Below, one piece after another: positions 55,601 through 64,000 of a DNA stretch of 64,000 nucleotides. The stretch covers positions 124,001 to 188,000 of the forward strand of contig JBEWZL010000012.1 of assembly GCA_045837725.1 (NCBI GenBank). The letters are read 5' to 3'. Numbering within the stretch: position 1 is the stretch's first letter; each line of letters starts with the position of its first letter. The translations under genes and the position numbers were made by a program. The stretch comes from Vermamoeba vermiformis. Taxonomy: Eukaryota. A model generated the notes under the pieces. The model ran no database searches. It had not been told where the DNA came from and worked only from the letters and a program-made list of their open reading frames with translations.

Positions 55601-58600
55601 TGACTGTTCGTGGCGGTTCTGTCGAGTTCCAAAAGTTGACTGACTCGACTTTCCACAACGTGACCTCAGTCGTCATGAACGGCGGTAACGTCGAATCTAC
55701 TCTCTCGGCGTACACCTTGCCAGTCTTGCAATGGAAGTCTGGTTCTATCAAAGCTACGAAGACTTTGACCATTGAACGATTGGTGATTTCGGGCACTGAC
55801 ACCAAGGCCATTGCCGATGGATCTGTGTTGAACATTTCTTCTATTGATATTTCCGACTCAACTGGCTTCGATGCTCCGAACACAGTCACTATTAACAACA
55901 TTGGCGAGTTCTATTTACCTACTGTAAGTCTTGACAAACGGATGTTGGATTTGGCTTCGTACTGACTTTCCTGTAGGGCATTTCTTTGAACGGTGGTCAA
56001 GCTAGATTCAACAACTATGGCTCAGTCACGATCTCGCAAGGTGCTTCGTTCACTTGCAGCAACTACTTGAATTCTCAAACGGCTCAATCCGGGTCTACCT
56101 TCGCTCGTCGATCTGTGGCCCAATCAGCCGGCGGCAGTGCTGTTACTATTATGAACGGCGGCACACTATCGGGAACCGTAACCAACTCTGGTTTCTTCCA
56201 AGCTACGGGCATTATAACCGGAGATTTTAGAAACCTTGGCCAGATTTACGTTGGCAACTTCTCTCAGAACAGCGTGGGCTTATTGAGACAACTCAATATT
56301 TCTGGCACCTTCGACAACACTGCAACCGTTACCATTACACCGGTAGTAACTTTGAAAATCGGTAAGTTTTATTTTAGTTGCCCTAAATTAGCGAATTACA
56401 ACGGGATCCTGCTGGAGCCAAAAAAAGCCGACAATGGTTTTAAATCCGGATTAATTAGCTAATTACATAATTTTAAACTTTTAAAACACAAAATACTTTA
56501 AAATTCTGTTCACTAATTTACATCTTTTGGATTCAGCCGGAACCACGATTGCGGATACGGATGTGCTTCAAGCCAATGTGATGAGCTTGGGCGGCATGCT
56601 CAACTTGAACTTCACCTTCTCGACCAAGACAGTAGACGTATTGACCTCTTGGTTCGTGATTGCAACTCCTTGTAAGTGCTATTTTTGATCAATCGCGTGT
56701 CAAAAAAATGTCAAATTGTTTTCGGCTTTATTTTCACTGAAAACGAATCAATCCCGCAATTGCATCAATACCATTAGCTTATTCATCGATAATGTTACAT
56801 TAATGATGGTACTAATTAATTCGTTTAGCTTACACCAGCCAATTCACTACGGTTGCCGCCGATACTTTTGAAGGCCAAGGCCGCTTAGTCTACACATCCA
56901 CTGGTGCTCAATGGGAGTTTGTTGGTAAGTAGTACTATAAGGCACATTAAATATATTGATTCAGCATTTCTATACTTGCCGACACAGATCTCGTAACACG
57001 TGGCAAGATATTTCGGCACGGAAGCGGAATACTCTTGCCCCGGGTTATTTTCATGAACGGAGATTTAATACGATCTATTTTTATAGGCTGCCATAACGAG
57101 AAGGTTAGCTGTACCTCGTGCATCAAGCAAACCGGAACTTCATTCCCGAACGGATGTGACTGGTGTAAAACTGCGGGAGTGTGTCGTGCTGCGGGTACTT
57201 GTGGCAGCTCTGACGCCATTGACGTGATTACGACCTCAGAAGAGGTAAGCGAATTATTGCGACACGTGATCAGATCCAGATCGGGACCACTAACAGTTCA
57301 CAATTTAGAATCAATGCCCTGATGCCCCCGAGAACAAACTGCTGTACCTCTTGTTCATCCCCGGCGCCCTCGTGCTCGGCGGTGGTATTGTCGTCTTAGT
57401 CGTGTTCTTGAAGCGAAGAAACAGAGTCGGTGGTAACGCGGATGCCGTCTTGTTGAAGAAAAAACCAGGCCCACCTGAGTTCTTGCCCATCGCTTTCGGT
57501 CCTAGCATGATGGAGTCCAAGTTGAGCAAGAAGGACAAAGATCTTGTGCCTGCTTTGGAGCGCTTGAAAGATGTACGTAGTGCCCACAACCCCGCGTCAC
57601 ACGAGCATTTGCTAACATGTTTTTTCACTAGCTTTTGCTCGAAGAGAACATGGAAGTCGTTATGGCCATCACCGACAACGATGTGATCAAGGCTGTAGAT
57701 CTCGACAAGGTGTGCCAAGCCTTGACTTACGTCTTCGAGTCTGTTGGTCGGTACCCTCACCTCTTGAACGCGCTTGTTGACCGTGAAGTCGAACAACACC
57801 ACAGCGACGAAGGTAAGCGATTAGATGAATGTTTTAACTGTTAGAATATCCCGCTGATCCATTGCTCACAGCGAGTCTTTTGCGTGGTAATACTGTCGCC
57901 ACCATCAGCTGGAAGTTCTACAGCAAGTTGGTCGGATTGGAGTACTTGTGGAACACTCTCAGCGACGCTATCTATTTGCTCGTCGAAAAGACCTCAGCTG
58001 GTGAAATCTCAACTGAAGTAAGTCATCTCGCAATCTCGATCTTGTTGACACGTGTCACTTTTTTTGAGACTGATGACTAACTTGTGTGTTTGTTCAGATG
58101 GATCCAGTACTTTTGGGAGAAGAAGAAGACGTCAAAGTCAACAAATACCAACTGATGTTAACAGCGCAACAGATCTTGTCTAAGATTGTCAAGTCCGTTG
58201 AGCACGTGCCTCTACCTATGAAGTTCATCTGCCATCACTTGCAAGAGCGTGTCATGGCCAAGTACCCTTCGATGCGCTACACTAGTGTTGGTGGCTTCAT
58301 TTTCTTGCGATTCTTGAACCCTGCAATCAACTTGCCTGAAGCATACGGTTTGACAAGAAGTAAGCAATCGCACACAAAACAAATATCTTTGACGCGTGAA
58401 CATTTTTTGATATCATTTTAACGTCATTTTATTTGCTCGTTTTTGATTGTTTTTTTTTATTTGAATGGATGACTAACGAGTGTTTTTTTTCACTTTTGTT
58501 CAGAGGTTCCCAGCAAAGAAGCACGAAGAGTCTTCGTTCTGTTGACCAAGACCCTGCAGTCACTCGCTAACGGCATCAAGCTCGGAGGCAAAGAACAACA

Positions 58601-59042
58601 CATGGCCAAGCTGAATGACTTTATCGATGAGAATCAGAACGAGATCAATCAGTTCTTCGATGATTGCGCGGTACGTACTTGGCGAGCACTTTCATACGTT
58701 CTATATTACTCGATACTAACGATTTATCGATTAGATCCTCCCCGAAGGCAGCTCCGAGGCTGATCTTAAGCCCATTGAAATCCCACATTACATCATGTTG
58801 GTCTGCATGGCCGAGATCCACCGTCACATCCACTACTCGATCCAACGAATTAAAGAAAAGCTTTCAAAGGTACGCAGCATAGAAAATTACATCGCTAGTA
58901 GTACTATATATTAATGTGTTAATTATAGGAAAAAATGGATCAGTTGACTGGTATAATGAACGAGATCGGAGGACCCATCAAGATCGAGAACGCAAGCTCT
59001 AAAGACAGCAAAATTGATCCTTTATTGGTTGGTCTTAAATAA
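52655..59042 (+). CDS. Single-pass receptor-like RasGAP B, paralog of A
   Basis: MRRFLFLALFITLAFG; NWFGAGIPG; beta-strand repeats; CHNEKVSCTSCI...GCDWCKTAGVC; TM LFIPGALVLGGGIVVLVVFL-KRR; SLLRGN, GGFIFLRFLNPAI and KTLQSLAN. Confidence 0.88.
57908..58676. repeat. Right arm of the inverted repeat (two tracts) shared with 43548-44372
   Basis: Introns 58018-58097 and 58360-58503 are near-identical to 44184-44263 and 43722-43863. Confidence 0.9.
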
Positions 59043-59355
59043 GGTCGTATTGAGACTACCAACATATGTACAGAATTATATATAGATTTCTTTTTGTCGG
59101 CGACAGTTTGGATCGGACGCCTCAAATCCGGTCCAATTTTCCAAGACTGTTAATGTAATATAGCTTATATAAATATCATAATCCATAATAGGCTAGAGCA
59201 ACTTATTATTAGTCTTGTGTTTGCGATATAGTGAAGTTGTAGTGCAGATCTACCAGGGCGATTTACCCTGGCACATCTGTGTTCGCCCTGCACGAGACCG
59301 AGCAATCCACGCACTTACTATTATCATTTTTTATTATTACAGCAACACTACAATC

Positions 59356-60362
59356 ATGTCGCAAATGAAGTGTGCGATCTGCGGCTCCCGAGGCGATCTT
59401 AAGCAGTGCTCGGGTTGCAAGAGCTTCTTTTACTGCGGTGTCGATCACCAAAAGGGTAAGTAAAGAGGACATATAAATATGTGATTATATTGTTAGAAAC
59501 AGCCAATATTGATTAATTTTAATGCGAGTAAGAGATTTGATCAAATTTTTTAATTAATCAAAATTATTATAGAGCACTGGGCTACTCACAAGGACCTTTG
59601 CAAGAAGATCCAAGAAGCCTTGAAGAAGGTAAAATAATTATTTAAAACTGAGAAAATGACAAAAATATTTTTAATCACGCGATCTGCCTTTGCGAAGCTG
59701 CTTGAATCTGTTTACAGCATCGATAATAATAGTACTAATATGTGTATTACTTGTAGGGTTTCCACAAGGAAATTGTCACCAAGGGTAACGAAACAACTTA
59801 TCCTAAAAAGGGATCGAAGGTGACAGTTCACTACACCGGCACTGTAAGCATTAAAAATCGATAGTATAAGCAGATACATATCTTAATACTCCTTATATAG
59901 TTGGTTAACGGCAAGAAGTTCGATTCTTCTCGCGATCGCGATGAGCCTTTCAGTTTCCGCGCTGGTGCTCAAGAAGTCATCAGAGGTCCGTAAATCGATT
60001 TAAAAATTAATATTATTATAAAATTAATGTATATTATCAGGTTGGGACGAAGGTGTTCCTACTATGAGCGTTGGTGAGAGAGCTACTTTCTACTTGGCTC
60101 CTTCGTAAGTCAAAAAAGGCCATTTTGAGCCTTTAAATTAATCTCTAACGTTAATATAATATTATAGTTATGCTTATGGCGCTGATGGTGCACCCCCAGA
60201 GTGAGTCCTAACAATAGATCTAACCTGCTAATTACTTTCGGTTTTTGACCGGCAAATTTCTTATTTTTGGGGGTCAAATTTCAGCTTTAACTAACTGTAA
60301 TTAACAGGATTCCTCCTAACGCTGTTTTGATCTTCGATGTTGAGTTGTTGAAGACCACTTAA
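59356..60362 (+). CDS. MYND zinc finger fused to an FKBP12-type peptidyl-prolyl isomerase
   Basis: CAICG...[23 protein letters not shown] splices in frame to [55 protein letters not shown]. Confidence 0.92.
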
Positions 60363-60431
60363 ACGAGCTGGATCTGGACGCACAACAGAATATGATGATA
60401 ATTTATTAGTGCTACATGGCAATAAAACAAA

Positions 60432-63400
60432 TTAGTCCCAATTGATTTCAACGTTGTTATTCGAAGGGCCTAGAGTCATCATAACGTTCTCCATCAACGA
60501 ATCAATGTCTTCGATCTCATTCGTCAGATCGAAAGTAGTCTTATTCGGATCTCTGAACGCCGAGTTCTTTTGCTTACTTCCAGCCTATATTACGGTATGT
60601 TAGTATATATGATAGCTGTATGATGCCATATCAATAACATACGTTAACGGTGAGATCCAGCTCAAATCGTGGATCAACTTCATCTTTCAGATCCGCCGAC
60701 AAATCATCGAGCTTGATGACTTCAGTATACACGTTTCCACTCTCTATATAGTTCAAGTGATTAGGAAGACGAGTGATAGAAAGTTACAGTATTAACGTAC
60801 CATCAACAATCGATGACTTTCTGTGCGAGGTCGGTGAAGTGACAGGTGAGCTCGTGTTCGAGCCAAGAGACGGAGCTGAAGTTGCTTTCAACGAGTCCAA
60901 ATTGCCACTGCCTCTACTACCCGACATGTACTTGGATGTCTGCGAGTGCATCATTAACATCTTGTGAGGGGGCAGTTTCGTGTTGCCAGGCTTCGGTGAG
61001 TTTCTGAACCTCGGAGAACCGACCGGATCTGCAACAACTTTAGGCTTGGAAGGAATTGCTATGGCGCCTGATGGCTCGTTTGGACTGCCGCGCTGACCAA
61101 TGAATGTCCGAGGACTGCCGCGCGGTGAAATTTTGGGAGAGTCAATGACAGATCCGCTGTGCTCAGGCGACTTAATGCCTTGCGGCTGACTGCGGATGAA
61201 CGAGCCCGTCTGGAACTTCGTCTCGGCTATCTGTTCCAATGACGGCGGGGTGCTGTCATCTGTCGAGTTATTCAGACTAAGGTTGTACATATCATCGTTG
61301 ACGGTGTTGTTGTTGCCGCCTATCATCAACGTTTCACCGAATTTAGTGTTGAACGTGTCCATGTACTGGTCATAGTAGTCAGCGTTGTTATAATCGACCT
61401 GTAGCTCTTCAGGTGCTTTAGGGCTCTCAAGCTGATCCAAGACATCTGCCTGACTGCCACCGTTGGCGAAGTCTTCTAATATCTTGTCCACTTCGCTCAC
61501 TGCATTGCTTAGCTTGGCCACGACATCTGAGCTGGCTGTGTTTGTCATAGTCCCGGTCAGATCTGTTGGTTTGACTGTCGGGTCAATGTTTTCAGGCTGC
61601 CCAACTTGTTCAACAACAGGCTGTTCCACTGCATCCACAACAGATTTCTGCTCTACGACTGGTTTCTCATCACGCTTGACTTGTTGTTTGTTGGCGTCAG
61701 GAACAGGAACAGGGACGGGCTTCTTCGGCATCACTTTGTCGCTAGTCTTGCGAGGCAATTGAGGAGTGCCTGGTCTCTTGGGCGCTGTTTTTGGCACGCC
61801 ACTTTTGACTCTGGCCGGTGGAGGCATTGTGAAGGCTGGTGCAGTGCCGTTTGTACGCGATGTTTTTCGTACAGGTGTAGTACTAGTATTTGCAGATGAA
61901 CCGGCGTTGCTTGTCTTTCGAGTCGGCGAACTCAAGTTTGGCGAGCTCGTTGCACCACTTGTTTTTCTCTTTGGTGTAGCACCAGTTGGTGTTGTGTTAG
62001 AGCCACTTGATGTCTTGCGAACAGGCGAGCTGTTGTTTGTTTGTGATGTGCTTGACTTTCTTGGCGGTGTGCTGCTGACTGAACTTCTGCTAGGTCTTCG
62101 GGCCGCTATAAGCATACGTTAGTCTATGTAACACTTGAAACGGCAGTCTTACGCTTAGGCACGGCTGCACCGTATTTTCGCAATACAACCAATAAAATTG
62201 CTAGTGTAAGGTTCTCATTACCAACGTACAGATCTGGTGTTCATAAACGATAAGCATAACGCACAATATTAGGTCAATCGATGATTACCTTCAGCACTGA
62301 CACCGTCAATGCGAATACCAAGAACGCGTAAGAAGCTCAAAAAGTGACCCAAATTGTCTAATTTTTGCATCATCATCTTTGGCACGCCATAGTACTTCTC
62401 CAACTTCTTCTCGGACAACACTTCCAACAACTTAATCAACGCAACGCCGTCTTGAATGTCCCCAGTCAAGTTGCGAATAGAAATGCCCCGACAAGCCAAT
62501 TGTGAATTGATCCAACTGATGACAATCTGTTTGTGCTGCTCGTGTCGTGATTTGGTTGCGTCTTCTGTCTTGTACAAGAACTACAAAGTATTAACAAGCA
62601 ATCGAAATATAACTTTTCATACCTTTCGTTGCGGCGGAGGAGACCCAGAGGGCGAGTTGGAAGTTGCCACGTTCTTTGGAACGGCCTTAGGTGGTGCTGC
62701 AAATTGAGCCGAGACAGGTCGTTGGCTGGCTGGAGGAGGCATCTTAAAGTGACCGGATTTTGCTCCACCAGGTGTCTTAGGATTGGATTTTGGAGACATC
62801 TTTGGAGCTGTTTTCGGTGACGATAGAGCCCGACTTGGTTCAGCACTAGTATTGTTTGTAGGAGATGCCGTAGCACCGGGACTAGTGATAATTTTCACGC
62901 TACTCTTGGCCGACTTGCGCAACGATGACGGTGGCGGCGGTCGTTTTGGTACAGTGTTGCCAATTCTTGGAGGAGTTGGGCCATTAATTGCGACTTGTGT
63001 ACTTTGTGCACGTGTAGGAGGCTTCGGTGCCGCCATTGTGGGCACTCGCATTGAGACTTGAGCTGAAGAGGTGCGGCTGATTCCTGGTGATATGACTTGT
63101 TTGGGCACATCTTCTTGTTGTGGCTTGTCAACGCTGGTTTGAGGCACATCTTCTTGCTGGGACAAGCCTACGTGTGGAAATTGAGCCAAGTCCGTCGGAT
63201 CAAGATCTGGTGTGAAGTCTTCGCTCTGTTGCTCCAAATTGCTGTAGAATTGGTCGTTGGAGTCTGATAGACCAGGCTCCTGATTAGCATCCATATGCGC
63301 GTACATATCCTCGTTAGATCCATTGACCTTCATGTACGTCAAGTCATACGCTGGCGTGCTCATCTCCAAGTTGTAGTCATAGCCCAAATCACTCTGATTA

Positions 63401-64000
63401 GGATCGCTCTGGACTACCGATGCATCCTTTGCCGTGTTGTAGCTAATCGTAGGATCGGGCGTAGTATTCAACGTGGGAGTACCGGTAATTTTTCGTCGGA
63501 AAATGCTTGGGGATCCAGGATCTCCGAACTTGGTCTTCGAATTTTGTGGAGAATGCGTTGTAATGCGGGTAGATATAACAGGGCCTGTAGAAGTTGGCGG
63601 CTCGACACCTGCAGCTGGCGTTGAGATTTCGGGAGTCTCTTCGACTGGATCTTCCTACGGATGGATGCACACAGTTACAATTTGCAAAATAATTAAGATT
63701 TCGTACAACTGATAAGAAAATAATTAGATGCTTACTGGTTCAGCAGGATATGGTTCGTCTACTCGTTTGAAAACAAAGCGCAAGTCGAATCCACTGTGGC
63801 GCCCCCATTTTTTATGTACATCGTATGGTTTATCAACAAGAGGACCCACTAAATTGTGATTATTAATAAAAAGGGTCTTAGCTTTGAAATTTTGTACCGG
63901 TGTAGGGTAAATTATTTGGGAATTTTAAAACATACGGAAGGTAATTTTCAGATTATAATGCGGAATGCGGCAATTTCAATATAAATATAATACTATAATA
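60432..64000 (-). CDS. Large Ser/Pro/Thr-rich protein with a calponin-homology (CH) domain; 5' end probably outside the window
   Basis: IVISWINSQL..IRNLTGDIQDGVALIKLLEVLS..QKLDNL..DLYVGNENLTLAILLVVLRKY, flanked by long disordered exons with repeated PxRKTS. Confidence 0.8.

Noticed and set aside
43276-59042. True plexin orthologs, or a transposon with terminal inverted repeats
   Set aside because: No Sema or IPT pattern was recognised and the GAP domain is not split. The inverted repeats are internal gene segments, and no transposase was seen.

Overview
Intron-rich eukaryotic nuclear DNA with short GT-AG introns and the standard genetic code. The gene content looks amoebozoan (Dictyostelium-like glycogen phosphorylase and ankyrin-BTB-bromodomain protein); the taxon is inferred, not proven. 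About 23 protein genes were spliced by hand, so the supplied ORF track shows only exon fragments. Highlights: (1) Two large, oppositely oriented paralogous single-pass receptors (43276-49774 minus, 52655-59042 plus). Each has a signal peptide, a long beta-solenoid-like ectodomain, a PSI-like Cys module, a TM helix and a cytoplasmic RasGAP domain with intact catalytic motifs, i.e. plexin-like logic with a different ectodomain. They flank a secreted bacterial-type M15 peptidoglycan peptidase. Parts of their RasGAP halves, introns included, are near-identical while the ectodomains have diverged. (2) A 5S rRNA gene inside a U12-type (minor) intron of ADHFE1, and a tRNA-Asn inside an ABCC intron. 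(3) Three tandem, highly diverged paralogs with Topo VIB-like features. (4) A palindrome, TGACACGTGTCA, recurring just downstream of 5' splice sites. (5) A bacterial-type rubrerythrin with a predicted mitochondrial presequence, a MYND-FKBP fusion, a JTB homolog and several GPI-anchored surface proteins. Family assignments come from motif recognition, not database searches.
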